Source: Pelagibacteraceae bacterium AG-414-M23
GTDB lineage: Bacteria > Pseudomonadota > Alphaproteobacteria > Pelagibacterales > Pelagibacteraceae
DNA: 64,000 bases
Reading direction: 5' to 3'
NCBI GenBank assembly: GCA_003214525.1
Contig: QCLN01000002.1
Span: 17,200-81,199, forward strand
The translations under genes were made by a program, and so were the position numbers. This document shows, piece after piece, positions 10,583 to 20,903 of this stretch. The notes beneath the pieces are model-generated. The model was not told the origin of the DNA, did no database searches, and saw only the letters and a program-made list of their open reading frames with translations. Numbering within the stretch: the stretch's first letter is position 1; every line of letters begins with the position of its first letter.

Positions 10583-11761
10583 TTATGCAACAAGAAACTG
10601 ATTTTTAGCATCTTGATTATATAATGACATTATTGGATTGTCCTCAACTTCATAAATTTCATTAGAGAAAAATCCATTAAATTGAGTTCTAAAAGTCAAC
10701 CCGTAAGCTCCAAGCTGACCCAATTCTATATAATCGTTTTCTTTAACATTATTTGGCAGCAAGAATGGTCCTTTCATATAATCCATACTATCACATGTTG
10801 GTCCATAAAAATCAAATGAAGTTAATTTTTTTGAAATTATTCTACCGTTAGTTACAAGTCTTGTTGGATAAACTATATTTGGAACTCCGCCATCAAATAA
10901 AGTTCCGTAAGTTCCATCATTTATATAAAGTTTTTGTTTTTTTCTTAAATTTACTTTTACAATTGTTGATCCACTTTCAGCAACAATTGCTCTACCAGGT
11001 TCACATATGATCTCTGGCTTTTTTTCTAATTTAAGTTTAGACAAACTATTTTTAATTTCTTCAAAATAACTTTCCATAGATTGTGGAACCAAATCAGGAT
11101 ATATTGTAGGAAATCCTCCCCCAACATTAATGTAATCAGGAATGATTTTTGTTCTTTTAATTATATTTACAATTTCAGATATTCCCTTAGCATATGATAT
11201 AGGATGCATACATTGTGAACCAACATGGAAACTTAATCCAATTTTTTTTGAATTTACTTTAACTAACCTTAAAAGTCCCATAGCTTCAGATGTTAAAGCT
11301 CCAAATTTTTTTGATAAATCTATTTCTGCATGTTCATTAGATACAGCAACTCTCACAAAAAGATTTAAATCTTTTGCATGATTTGTACTTTCCAAAATTT
11401 TTATTAATTCTTCTTTAGTGTCTAATGAGAAATCTTTGACTCCATAATTGAAGTAAGCCTCTCTAATGTTCTCTCTGCTTTTTACTGTATGCATGTAGCT
11501 ACAATTTAAATTTGGATCTATCTGTTTGATTGTTTTAATTTCCTCTACCGATGCAACATCAAATTGTTTTATTCCACTCTGGATAATAGTTTTTAATACT
11601 TCTTTATGAGGGTTAGTTTTAACTGCATAAAGAATCTTACCAGGAAATTTTTCTTGAAAAAACTTAGAGGCCACTTGTATAGATCTTTTTCTTATACAAT
11701 AAACCGGTTTATCAGGTTGTAGTTGACCAATTAATTCGTCAACTGATTTAAATTTTTTCAT
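10583..11761 (-). CDS. Type III PLP (alanine-racemase fold) ornithine/lysine/arginine decarboxylase
   Basis: YAVKTN (PLP Lys), FDVAS, KFG, FHVGSQ, NVGGGF, EPGR, GPTCDSMD, GAY. Confidence 0.9.
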   Translation of the reverse strand: MKKFKSVDELIGQLQPDKPVYCIRKRSIQVASKFFQEKFPGKILYAVKTNPHKEVLKTIIQSGIKQFDVASVEEIKTIKQIDPNLNCSYMHTVKSRENIREAYFNYGVKDFSLDTKEELIKILESTNHAKDLNLFVRVAVSNEHAEIDLSKKFGALTSEAMGLLRLVKVNSKKIGLSFHVGSQCMHPISYAKGISEIVNIIKRTKIIPDYINVGGGFPTIYPDLVPQSMESYFEEIKNSLSKLKLEKKPEIICEPGRAIVAESGSTIVKVNLRKKQKLYINDGTYGTLFDGGVPNIVYPTRLVTNGRIISKKLTSFDFYGPTCDSMDYMKGPFLLPNNVKENDYIELGQLGAYGLTFRTQFNGFFSNEIYEVEDNPIMSLYNQDAKNQFLVA

Positions 11762-11792
11762 ATCTTGCTCCCCAAAAAAAATTTAACAAAAA

Positions 11793-11817
11793 AAATCACA
11801 TATCAGCTATGTGATTT
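11793..11817 (-). promoter_or_regulatory. Perfect 10-bp inverted repeat in the polyamine-operon leader, followed on the minus strand by a T-tract
   Basis: AAATCACATA-tcagc-TATGTGATTT. The + strand A run ending at 11795 reads as a U tract overlapping and following the 3' arm on the minus strand. Confidence 0.55.
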
Positions 11818-11870
11818 ATCAATAATCGACATTTATGAGGTATAATAAGGAATGTAAAGTTAAATCTGCC

Positions 11871-11898
11871 CTTGAAATTAATTTTTTTCACATCATAT
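11871..11898 (+). promoter_or_regulatory. Putative sigma32 (RpoH)-like promoter of regA
   Basis: CTTGAAA-N13-CATCATAT, the same geometry as the ibpA promoter in this window. Confidence 0.45.
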
Positions 11899-11905
11899 TA
11901 TCTTC

Positions 11906-12469
11906 ATGAATTTGAGTGAAAAAATGAAAAAAATAAGTGATTTTAGCAATAAAAGTTTACTCTTAGTAGACGACGATAGCCCTTTCAGAGAAAGACTGGC
12001 AAGGGCAATGGAAAAAAAAGGGTTTCAAGTATCACAAGCAGAAGGTGTAAAAAAAGGAATTGAAGCAGTTAAACTAGAATGCCCAGGATTCGCTGTCGTT
12101 GATCTTAGATTGAGTGATGGAAATGGTTTAGAGGTTGTAAAAGAGATAAAAAAAAATAAATCGGATAGTAGAGTAATTATGCTAACAGGCTATGGAAACA
12201 TACCAACAGCAGTAGAAGCAGTTAAAGATGGGGCTATAGATTATTTAGCGAAACCAGCAGATGCAGATGATGTCGAAAAAGCTTTGTTAGCCGAATCAAA
12301 TAAAAAGGCTCCCCCACCTGAAAATCCTATGTCTGCAGACAGAGTAAAATGGGAGCATATTCATAGAGTATTTGAACTTTGTAATAGAAATGTTTCTGAA
12401 ACTGCAAGAAGACTAAAAATGCACAGAAGAACTTTACAAAGAATTTTATCTAAAAGATCTCCTAAATAA
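11906..12469 (+). CDS. regA: RegA/PrrA/ActR redox response regulator
   Basis: Receiver domain plus PPPENPMSADRVKWEHIHRVFELCNRNVSETARRLKMHRRTLQRIL. The start could be 11924. Confidence 0.95.
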   Translation: MNLSEKMKKISDFSNKSLLLVDDDSPFRERLARAMEKKGFQVSQAEGVKKGIEAVKLECPGFAVVDLRLSDGNGLEVVKEIKKNKSDSRVIMLTGYGNIPTAVEAVKDGAIDYLAKPADADDVEKALLAESNKKAPPPENPMSADRVKWEHIHRVFELCNRNVSETARRLKMHRRTLQRILSKRSPK

Positions 12470-13010
12470 ATTTTCTAACTTTTAATAATTTTTCAGTTGA
12501 TAAAGAAAGTATAGCAATTTTAAGAATTTCAGCCAAAACAAAATTCTTGATACCCCAAACATATGCTATTTCCCATCCAGCCAAGTAAGCCAACCAAGGT
12601 ACGCCAGTTATATATATTGCAAATATAGATATTGAAATTAGAAAAAATTTAATAAATATATTCTTGTTCAAGTTTACAAAACCAGCAATGAAAACAGAAG
12701 ATATAAATCCGATCAAATATCCACCAGTTGGTCCAATCATATAACTTATGCCAATACCTTTTTCAGGTGTTCCGGCAAATACAGGAAGTCCAATTGCACC
12801 CTCAAACAAGTAAGCAAAAACTGTAGCTAATCCTAATTTCCATCCTAAAGTTATACCAATTAGAACTACAACAAATGTCTGCATCGTCATTGGCACAGGA
12901 TAAAATGGAACTTTAATTTTTGCTGAAATTGTTAAAAGTAAAGTTCCGAAGAGAACAATGGAAATTTTCTTTAAAATATTTAGTGATTCTATTTTTTTTA
13001 CCAATTCCAT
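12462..13010 (-). CDS. bioY: Biotin transporter BioY
   Basis: PVPMTMQTF, G.IGLPVFAG, GPTGGYLIGF. Confidence 0.92.
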   Translation of the reverse strand: MELVKKIESLNILKKISIVLFGTLLLTISAKIKVPFYPVPMTMQTFVVVLIGITLGWKLGLATVFAYLFEGAIGLPVFAGTPEKGIGISYMIGPTGGYLIGFISSVFIAGFVNLNKNIFIKFFLISISIFAIYITGVPWLAYLAGWEIAYVWGIKNFVLAEILKIAILSLSTEKLLKVRKFI

Positions 13011-13113
13011 TCTTTAATATTACAAGTTTTTGAATAATCTTACAAATATATCTTAATAAACTCTATCATCAGTAGATATATGGTATAATTAGTATAAATT
13101 AATTCATACTTTT

Positions 13114-15897
13114 ATGTCAAAAATTAAAAAAACAGATCATTTCTATCTAATTGATGGTTCAGGATATATTTTTAGAGCATATTATGCGCTACCTCCTTTA
13201 ACAAGAAAAAGTGACGGACTACCTGTTGGCGCGGTAAGTGGTTTTAGTAATATGTTATTTAAACTATTAGAAGACGCTAAGTCAGAGGATAATAAAGACA
13301 AACCAACTCATTTTGCTGTAATTTTTGATTCAGCAAGAAAAAATTTTAGGAATGAAATTTATAGCGATTATAAAGCAAATAGATCAGATGCGCCTGATGA
13401 TTTAATCCCACAATTTGATTTTATTAGAAAATCAGTTTTAGCATTTAATTTGCCCTCAATAGAACAATTAAATTATGAAGCAGATGACTTGATCGCAACC
13501 TATGTTGATCAAATTAACAATTCTGGAGCAAAAACAACAATAGTATCTTCCGATAAAGATCTTTTGCAACTTTATGGAAAAAATACAAGAATTTTTGATC
13601 CAATGAAAAATAAGTTTCTTGGAATGGAAGATATTAAACTAAAATTTGGCGTAACACCTGAACAAATAATTGATGTTCAAGCTTTAGCGGGAGATGCTAG
13701 CGACAATGTCCCAGGAGTTCCTGGAATTGGGATAAAAACAGCTGCTGAATTAATCAATACTTTTGGTTCACTAGAAGAGCTTTTAAAAAATGTTCAGACA
13801 ATTAAACAAAATAAAAGAAGAGAAACTCTTTTAGAAAATAAGGATAAAGCTATAATTAGCAAAAAACTTGTTACTTTGAAAAAAGATGTACCTGTTAAAG
13901 ATAAATTAGAAGATTTTAAATTAAAAAATGTAGATAAAGATAAACTTTATTCTTTTTTAAGAGAAATGGAGTTTAATAGACTTCTAAGCTCAGCAATTTC
14001 TACTTATGGTGAAATTGGTTTTAATGATAGTGGGAGTGGGCAAAGCAAAATAAAAACCAAAGCAGATAATGGAAAAATATCCAACAAAAACTATTTTTTA
14101 TTTAAAAAAGAAAACGAAATTGAAAACTGGTTAAAAGAAGCAGATGAAATTGGTGAGTTTGTAATTGATACTGAGACCAGTTCATTAGACGCTCATCAGG
14201 CAGAGTTAGTTGGTATTTCATTATGCTATAAACAGGGAAATTCTGGATACATTCCTTTGGCACATAAATCTGGAAATAACTTAAATTCTTCAAAAGTTTT
14301 AAAAATACTAAAACCATATCTAGAAGACAAAAGTATAAAAAAAATAGGCCAAAACATAAAATTTGATTACATAGTTTTTTTTAAAAGAGGAATCAAAATT
14401 AATTCAATTGAAGACACTATGCTGATGTCATATGTTTTGGATGCTGGCAAAAATAGACATAATTTAGATAATCTTGCAGCAATTCATTTACAACACAAAA
14501 ATATAACTTTTAAGGACCTGGTAGGAAGTGGAAAAAAAAAATTAAATTTTAGTGAAGTAGATATAACTTTAGCCAAAGATTATGCAGCAGAAGATGCCGA
14601 TATTACTTTAAGATTATATAAACTTTTTCTTCAAAATTTAAAATCTGAAAAATTATTACAGATTTATCAAAATTTTGAAAAACCAATGGTTGAAATTTTA
14701 GCTCAAATGGAGATTCATGGAATTAAAATAGATAAGAATTTTTTAGTAAAACTATCAAGTAAATTTAATCAAAAAATTGAACGTTTAGAAAAAGATATTT
14801 TTAAAATAACCAGATCAAAATTTAATATTGGTTCTACCAAACAATTAGGTGAAATATTGTATAATCAATTAAAAATTGCTTCTCTTAAAAGAACAAAAAA
14901 AGGTAGTTTTGCTACAAGTGCAAGTGTTTTAGAGGATTTGGCTTTTAAAGGGCATAAGCTTCCTAAATTAATTTTAGACTGGAGACAACTAACTAAATTG
15001 AAAAATACATATTCAGAATCCCTCCCTGAACATCTAAATCCAGAAACAAAACGAATTCATACTTCTTTTTTATTGGCAGCAACTACAACAGGAAGATTAG
15101 CTTCTAGCGATCCAAACTTGCAAAATATTCCAATAAAGACAGACGATGGTAGAGAGATAAGAAAATCATTTATTGCAGAAAAAGGTAATACTTTAGTTTC
15201 TGCAGATTATAATCAAGTTGAAATGAGAATTTTAGCAGAAATTGCAGATGTGAAAGAGTTAAAAAAAGCATTTGTAAATAATGAAGATATTCACTCTATT
15301 ACTGCAAGCCAAGTTTTTAATAAAAAAACTAAAGAAATTGATACAGATATGAGAAGAAAAGCAAAAGCGATAAACTTTGGAATTATTTATGGTATTTCTC
15401 AGTATGGTTTAGCTAAACAAATCGGAGTTTCTAATGTTGAGGCCGAAGACTTTTTGAACTCTTATTTTATAAAGTTCCCTGAAATTAAAGATTATATGAA
15501 TGAAACAATTAAATTTTGCAGAAAAAGCGGATATGTAAATAATATTTTTGGAAGAAGAACTCATTTAAGTGGCATAAATGATAAAAATTATAATGTTAGA
15601 AATTTTCAAGAAAGAGCCGCTATTAATGCACCCATCCAAGGATCTGCATCTGAAATAATGCGTTTAGCAATGATAAGATTAAACGAAAAATTTTCAGAAT
15701 ACCACAGTGAAGATTTAAAGATTTTACTACAAATACATGATGAACTAATATTTGAAATTAAATCTTCAAAAGTTAATGAAATATCAAAAATAATTAAAGA
15801 AATAATGATTGGAGTTGAGTCGAGCGATTACCACAAGTTTGCTGTTCCACTTTTAATAGATTTAAATTCTGGAGAAAATTGGGGCATCTTGCACTAA
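13114..15897 (+). CDS. polA: DNA polymerase I
   Basis: 5'-3' exonuclease LIDGS..FRAYYA and GDASDNVPGVPGIG; 3'-5' exonuclease DTET and YAAEDA; polymerase motifs ADYNQVEMR, KAINFGIIYG, QIHDE. Confidence 0.98.
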   Translation: MSKIKKTDHFYLIDGSGYIFRAYYALPPLTRKSDGLPVGAVSGFSNMLFKLLEDAKSEDNKDKPTHFAVIFDSARKNFRNEIYSDYKANRSDAPDDLIPQFDFIRKSVLAFNLPSIEQLNYEADDLIATYVDQINNSGAKTTIVSSDKDLLQLYGKNTRIFDPMKNKFLGMEDIKLKFGVTPEQIIDVQALAGDASDNVPGVPGIGIKTAAELINTFGSLEELLKNVQTIKQNKRRETLLENKDKAIISKKLVTLKKDVPVKDKLEDFKLKNVDKDKLYSFLREMEFNRLLSSAISTYGEIGFNDSGSGQSKIKTKADNGKISNKNYFLFKKENEIENWLKEADEIGEFVIDTETSSLDAHQAELVGISLCYKQGNSGYIPLAHKSGNNLNSSKVLKILKPYLEDKSIKKIGQNIKFDYIVFFKRGIKINSIEDTMLMSYVLDAGKNRHNLDNLAAIHLQHKNITFKDLVGSGKKKLNFSEVDITLAKDYAAEDADITLRLYKLFLQNLKSEKLLQIYQNFEKPMVEILAQMEIHGIKIDKNFLVKLSSKFNQKIERLEKDIFKITRSKFNIGSTKQLGEILYNQLKIASLKRTKKGSFATSASVLEDLAFKGHKLPKLILDWRQLTKLKNTYSESLPEHLNPETKRIHTSFLLAATTTGRLASSDPNLQNIPIKTDDGREIRKSFIAEKGNTLVSADYNQVEMRILAEIADVKELKKAFVNNEDIHSITASQVFNKKTKEIDTDMRRKAKAINFGIIYGISQYGLAKQIGVSNVEAEDFLNSYFIKFPEIKDYMNETIKFCRKSGYVNNIFGRRTHLSGINDKNYNVRNFQERAAINAPIQGSASEIMRLAMIRLNEKFSEYHSEDLKILLQIHDELIFEIKSSKVNEISKIIKEIMIGVESSDYHKFAVPLLIDLNSGENWGILH

Positions 15898-15949
15898 TTA
15901 AGTTATATTGCCCTAATTAGAACAATTTAGTATTTTTAGTATCAAATTT

Positions 15950-16651
15950 ATGAAACAGACAATTGCATTAGTTGATGATGATAGAAATATTCTAACAAGC
16001 ATAAGTATTGCTTTAGAAAAAGAAGGATTTAACGTTCAAACATATTTAGAAGGCGAAAGTGCATATATTGGTATAACAAGAACTCCACCTGATCTGGCGG
16101 TAATAGATGTTAAGATGCCAAAAATGGACGGCGAAGAGCTTTTAAGAAAACTAAGAAAAAAAACTCCCTTACCAGTAATATTATTAACATCAAAAGATGA
16201 AGAAGTAGACGAACTTCTAGGATTAAAATTAGGTGCAAATGATTTCATTAAAAAATCTGGAGGATTTTCAATAAAAGTATTAATTGAAAGAATTCGAGTA
16301 CAATTAAGAAAAAAAGATACAGCAAATATTGATGATAATAAAAACTTAATATCTCATGGAAAATTGAGATTAGATCCTTCACAATTAGAATGTGAATGGA
16401 ATGGCAAACAGCTACCGGACAAACTTACAACTACAGAATTTTTAATAGTTCAAGAATTAGCAAAAAGACCAGGAATTATCAAAGAAAGATCTCAATTGAT
16501 GGACATAGCTTACAGAGAGGATACTGATATAGAAGATAGAACTATCGATAGTCATATTAAGAGAATAAGAAAAAAATTTAAGAGAGTTGACAATAATTTT
16601 TCTGCTATAGAAACTCGATATGGAAGTGGATATAGATGGAATATTAATTAA
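15950..16651 (+). CDS. chvI: OmpR-family response regulator ChvI
   Basis: IALVDDDRNILTS, LTSKDEEVDE, DRTIDSHIKRIRKKFK, IETRYG.GY. Confidence 0.9.
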   Translation: MKQTIALVDDDRNILTSISIALEKEGFNVQTYLEGESAYIGITRTPPDLAVIDVKMPKMDGEELLRKLRKKTPLPVILLTSKDEEVDELLGLKLGANDFIKKSGGFSIKVLIERIRVQLRKKDTANIDDNKNLISHGKLRLDPSQLECEWNGKQLPDKLTTTEFLIVQELAKRPGIIKERSQLMDIAYREDTDIEDRTIDSHIKRIRKKFKRVDNNFSAIETRYGSGYRWNIN

Positions 16652-18198
16652 TGTTTAACTATTTTTTAAAAAATCTTTCAATCTTAAGAAAATTTTTATT
16701 CATTAATTTTTTAATTTTTATAATCATAGGACTAATAACAATATTATACTTAAACAGTGTTCAACCTAATTTAATTAAGGCTAAACAATCTAAACATATT
16801 GAAATATTAAATAATACTATTGGGCATTTAAATAGACTTAATATTGGATTTAATCAGGACGAAATAAGAAATTTTTTATTTTCTACAAGATTTTTATTTC
16901 AAAATCTTGATAGAGTAACAATATTTGATAACGACTTTAATTTGATTGGAGATACAGACACTTTAGATCTTGATAAAAGATCTTTTGGACAAACTAATGA
17001 AGTAATTCAAATGGATAGTCTTAACGATGAATCAATTAAAAATGAAAACAGTAAATCTGAAAAAAATAAAAATAAAGTTTTTACTTTAAATAAAAGAGTT
17101 GAAAATTATGCTTTATCTAGTGAAATAGGAAAGCCTTTTACTTATATAGAGGAAAATTATAATCAATTTATTCTAGTTACTTTAAAAAATGTATCAAAAG
17201 AAAATAGCAATATTGGTTACATTGCAATTAGCGAAAATTCTTTTGATATAAAGGCTGCAGTAGAAGAAAGAAAAAATTTTATTTTAAGAACGGCAATATT
17301 AGTAGCAATTGTTATTTTAATATTTTCAATTGTTCTTAACAGATATTTTTTAAAACCTATTAAAAATTTAGTAGATTATACAAAAATAATTAAATCAAAA
17401 AGTAAAAAAGAGACAAAAATTGAAGTGATAAAGAATAGAAATGATGAGCTTGGGGTTCTATCAAAATCGTTAGATGAAATGACAAAAGAATTAAATAGTA
17501 GAATAAAAGCTACTGAAAATTTTTCGACAGATTTAGTGCATGAAATAAGAAATCCTCTTGCATCCCTGAAAAGTGCTTCTGAGATAATTTCAGACACTAC
17601 CGACAAAGATAAACGAGAAAAACTTCTTAAAATCATGACACATGATGTTTCTAGAATAGATAGATTAATAACTGATTATTCTCAAATGTTAAAAGATGAA
17701 TTAGCTATATCATCTGAACAAATGGAAGATTTAGATTTAAAAGTTATTATAGACTCAGTAGTTGATGATTTTAATAATATTTATATTGAGAAAAAAAATA
17801 TAAATATCAAATTAAATACATCTGGTTTAAAAAATTATTTTATAAAAGGTATAAGCAATAGAGTAGAGCAGATTATTGCAAATTTACTAGATAACTCAGT
17901 TTCTTTTAGCAGAAATGGATCCACTATAATTGTTGAATTAAATGAAAATGAAAATTATATTTTTTTAAAAGTAATTGACCAAGGGGAAGGATTTAAGGAA
18001 AAAGATATAAAAAAAGTTTTTGATAGATTTTACAGCAATAGACCAGAAAATTTTGGTGAACATTCTGGTTTAGGTCTTAATATTGTTAAAAATCTAGTAG
18101 ATATTCATCAGGGTGAAATCTATGCGTCAAATAATCCAAAAAGAGGCGCAATGATTGAAATTAAATTTCCAAAAAACCATATTGATAATTTAAAATAA
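16651..18198 (+). CDS. chvG: Sensor histidine kinase ChvG/ExoS-like
   Basis: Two TM helices, HAMP domain, HEIRNPL (H-box), NLLDN, FYSNRP, HSGLGL; coupled to chvI. Confidence 0.85.
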   Translation: MFNYFLKNLSILRKFLFINFLIFIIIGLITILYLNSVQPNLIKAKQSKHIEILNNTIGHLNRLNIGFNQDEIRNFLFSTRFLFQNLDRVTIFDNDFNLIGDTDTLDLDKRSFGQTNEVIQMDSLNDESIKNENSKSEKNKNKVFTLNKRVENYALSSEIGKPFTYIEENYNQFILVTLKNVSKENSNIGYIAISENSFDIKAAVEERKNFILRTAILVAIVILIFSIVLNRYFLKPIKNLVDYTKIIKSKSKKETKIEVIKNRNDELGVLSKSLDEMTKELNSRIKATENFSTDLVHEIRNPLASLKSASEIISDTTDKDKREKLLKIMTHDVSRIDRLITDYSQMLKDELAISSEQMEDLDLKVIIDSVVDDFNNIYIEKKNINIKLNTSGLKNYFIKGISNRVEQIIANLLDNSVSFSRNGSTIIVELNENENYIFLKVIDQGEGFKEKDIKKVFDRFYSNRPENFGEHSGLGLNIVKNLVDIHQGEIYASNNPKRGAMIEIKFPKNHIDNLK

Positions 18199-18219
18199 AG
18201 TTGTTAAAAGACCGGCATC

Positions 18220-19506
18220 ATGGAAGATTATAAAGTAAAAGATATAAAATTAGCAGATTTTGGTAGAAAAGAAATTTCTTTAGCCGAAACTGAAATGCCA
18301 GGCTTAATGGCGTTAAGAAAAGAATACAAAAGTAAAAATCCACTCAAAGGAGCAAGAATACTTGGATGCTTACATATGACAATTCAAACAGCAGTTTTAA
18401 TAGAAACTTTAACCGAGCTAGGAGCAGAAGTAAGATGGTCTTCTTGCAATATATTTTCAACTCAAGACCATGCAGCCGCAGCTATAGCAAAAGCAGGAAT
18501 TCCAGTATTTGCCTGGAAAGGTGAGACGGAAGAAGAATACTGGTGGTGTGTTAAACAAACTATAGAAGGTAAAAAAGAGTGGAAGCCTAATATGATTCTT
18601 GATGATGGCGGTGATTTAACAGCCTTAATGCACAGCGAATATAAAGATTTGCTAAAATCAGTAAAAGGCTTATCCGAAGAAACAACAACTGGAGTTTTAG
18701 CTCTTAAAAAAATGGAATCTGAGGGTAAATTGTTAGTACCAGCAATTAATGTTAATGATTCAGTAACAAAATCAAAATTTGATAATTTATATGGTTGTCG
18801 TGAAAGCTTGGTAGATGGGATTAAAAGAGCAACAGACGTAATGATGTCAGGTAAAGTTGCAATAGTTGCAGGCTTTGGAGATGTTGGAAAAGGAAGCGCA
18901 GCTTCATTAAGGCAAAGTGGAGCAAGAGTAATGGTTACAGAAACAGATCCTATTTGTGCACTTCAAGCAGCCATGGAAGGTTATGAAGTTGTTTTAATGG
19001 ATGACATGATCAAAGAAGCAGACATAGTTGTAACTGCAACAGGAAATAAAGATATAGTTACCGCTGATCACATGCGAGATATGAAAGATAGAGCTATACT
19101 GTGTAATATTGGACATTTTGATAACGAAATTCAAGTTGAAGCATTAAAAAATTATAAATGGGATGAAATAAAACCTCAGGTTCATGAAATAACATTTCCA
19201 GATAAAAAAAGAATTATTTTGTTAGCCGAGGGAAGACTGGTAAATTTAGGATGTGCTACAGGACACCCTAGTTTTGTAATGAGCGCCTCATTTACAAATC
19301 AAGTAACAGCCCAGATAGAACTATGGAAAAATTCAGATAAGTATGAGAAAAAAGTATATGTTTTACCTAAACATCTTGATGAAAAAGTAGCAATGTTACA
19401 TTTAGAAAAAGTAGGGGCAAAACTCACTAAATTGTCCAAAGATCAAGCAGATTATATTAGCGTAAAACAACAGGGACCATTCAAACCAGATGCATACCGC
19501 TACTAA
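18220..19506 (+). CDS. ahcY: Adenosylhomocysteinase
   Basis: [45 protein letters not shown]. Confidence 0.98.
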   Translation: MEDYKVKDIKLADFGRKEISLAETEMPGLMALRKEYKSKNPLKGARILGCLHMTIQTAVLIETLTELGAEVRWSSCNIFSTQDHAAAAIAKAGIPVFAWKGETEEEYWWCVKQTIEGKKEWKPNMILDDGGDLTALMHSEYKDLLKSVKGLSEETTTGVLALKKMESEGKLLVPAINVNDSVTKSKFDNLYGCRESLVDGIKRATDVMMSGKVAIVAGFGDVGKGSAASLRQSGARVMVTETDPICALQAAMEGYEVVLMDDMIKEADIVVTATGNKDIVTADHMRDMKDRAILCNIGHFDNEIQVEALKNYKWDEIKPQVHEITFPDKKRIILLAEGRLVNLGCATGHPSFVMSASFTNQVTAQIELWKNSDKYEKKVYVLPKHLDEKVAMLHLEKVGAKLTKLSKDQADYISVKQQGPFKPDAYRY

Positions 19507-19966
19507 AAGTAGCAAAATTGATATTTCCGATCAAAAAAGTTTATTAGAAGTAGCTTGTAAATTCTCGAATATAATTGAGAAAGGTGATAATTTTTTATTA
19601 TATGGAGAAATTGGTGTTGGCAAAACAACATTTACTAGACTTCTTATTAATAATTTACAGATTAAAAACGAATTTAATAAATCAGAAGTATTAAGTCCTA
19701 CATTTAATATTTTAAATGAATATCAAATAAAGAATCTAAATATAAAACATTTTGATTTATATAGAATAAAAAGTAAAGATGAGCTAGATAATCTAGGTTT
19801 ATTTGAAGATGAAGAGGCTATTAAAATTATTGAGTGGCCAGAAATGCTTAAGTCAATAAAAATTAATAAAATAGAATTTCATTTTTCATATTCTAATGAT
19901 TTTAAAAATAGAAACTTAACAATTTCAACAAATTATAAAAGTCAAATTGTAGATGAATTTAAATAA
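19490..19966 (+). CDS. tsaE: tRNA threonylcarbamoyladenosine biosynthesis ATPase
   Basis: [10 protein letters not shown]-loop, SPTF, HFDLYR, IEWP. Confidence 0.92.
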   Translation: MHTATKSSKIDISDQKSLLEVACKFSNIIEKGDNFLLYGEIGVGKTTFTRLLINNLQIKNEFNKSEVLSPTFNILNEYQIKNLNIKHFDLYRIKSKDELDNLGLFEDEEAIKIIEWPEMLKSIKINKIEFHFSYSNDFKNRNLTISTNYKSQIVDEFK

Positions 19967-20903
19967 AATAAAACTATTAGCTGGCGATGCATCTTTTAGG
20001 AAGTTTTATAGATCTTCAAAAAATTCTATTATTGTATTTGCGAATAAAAATAAGTATTCTAATTTAGTTGTATATGATGCAATTAATAAATGTCTTAATA
20101 AAAATAAACTAAAAGCGCCAAAATTAAAAAAAGAATTTTATAATAAAAATTATATTGAAATAGAAGATTTAGGAAACAACTCTCTTTATAAAATATTAAA
20201 AAAAAAGAAAAATAAATTTAAAATTTATAAAAATATAATAAAAACTTTAAAATTAATTCAAAAGATTAATTCAAAGTCTATAAAAACATTTAAAAAAAAA
20301 AATTATATAATACCCGATTATACCAAAATTAAATTATTAAATGAATCAAGACTTTTTTTAGATTGGTATTTACCAAGAGTTTTAAAAAAGTCAAAAATAA
20401 GAAAAGCAAAAAAACAAATCGAAAATATTTTTGATAATCTTTACAAGCAATTAAAACTAAATAAGAAAGTGTTCGTTCATAGAGATTTTCATGTTTCAAA
20501 TATGATGTTTTATAAAAAAAAAATTTACTTAATTGACAGTCAGGATGCAGTTTATGGTAATATTGCTTATGATTTGGCATCATTAATTGATGATGTAAGA
20601 TTAAAAACTTCAAAAAAGATAAAAGATAAAATATTTAAAATGCACATTAAATTAAATAGTTCTATTGATCAAAAAAAATTTAAAAACGATTTTGAAATTT
20701 TATCTGTATTAAGAAATCTTAAAATAATTGGAATATTTACTAGATTAGCAATACGCGATAAAAAAAAACAATATACTAAACTTATACCCTATGCTTGGAA
20801 AATGATTGAACAAAGAATTTCAAACAATTTACTTTTTGGTGATTTAGAAAAAATACTAAATAAATATTTTAGTAAAAAAATTAGAGTAAAAAAATGGATA
20901 TAA
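19953..20903 (+). CDS. amgK: AmgK-like anomeric MurNAc/GlcNAc kinase (aminoglycoside phosphotransferase fold)
   Basis: AGDASFRKFYR, EDLG, HRDFHVSN, ID.QDA, YDLASL, GIFTRL; located between tsaE and murU. Confidence 0.8.
   Translation: MNLNKIKLLAGDASFRKFYRSSKNSIIVFANKNKYSNLVVYDAINKCLNKNKLKAPKLKKEFYNKNYIEIEDLGNNSLYKILKKKKNKFKIYKNIIKTLKLIQKINSKSIKTFKKKNYIIPDYTKIKLLNESRLFLDWYLPRVLKKSKIRKAKKQIENIFDNLYKQLKLNKKVFVHRDFHVSNMMFYKKKIYLIDSQDAVYGNIAYDLASLIDDVRLKTSKKIKDKIFKMHIKLNSSIDQKKFKNDFEILSVLRNLKIIGIFTRLAIRDKKKQYTKLIPYAWKMIEQRISNNLLFGDLEKILNKYFSKKIRVKKWI

Noticed and set aside
18199-18219. SAH/SAM riboswitch before ahcY
   Set aside because: The spacer is only 21 nt.
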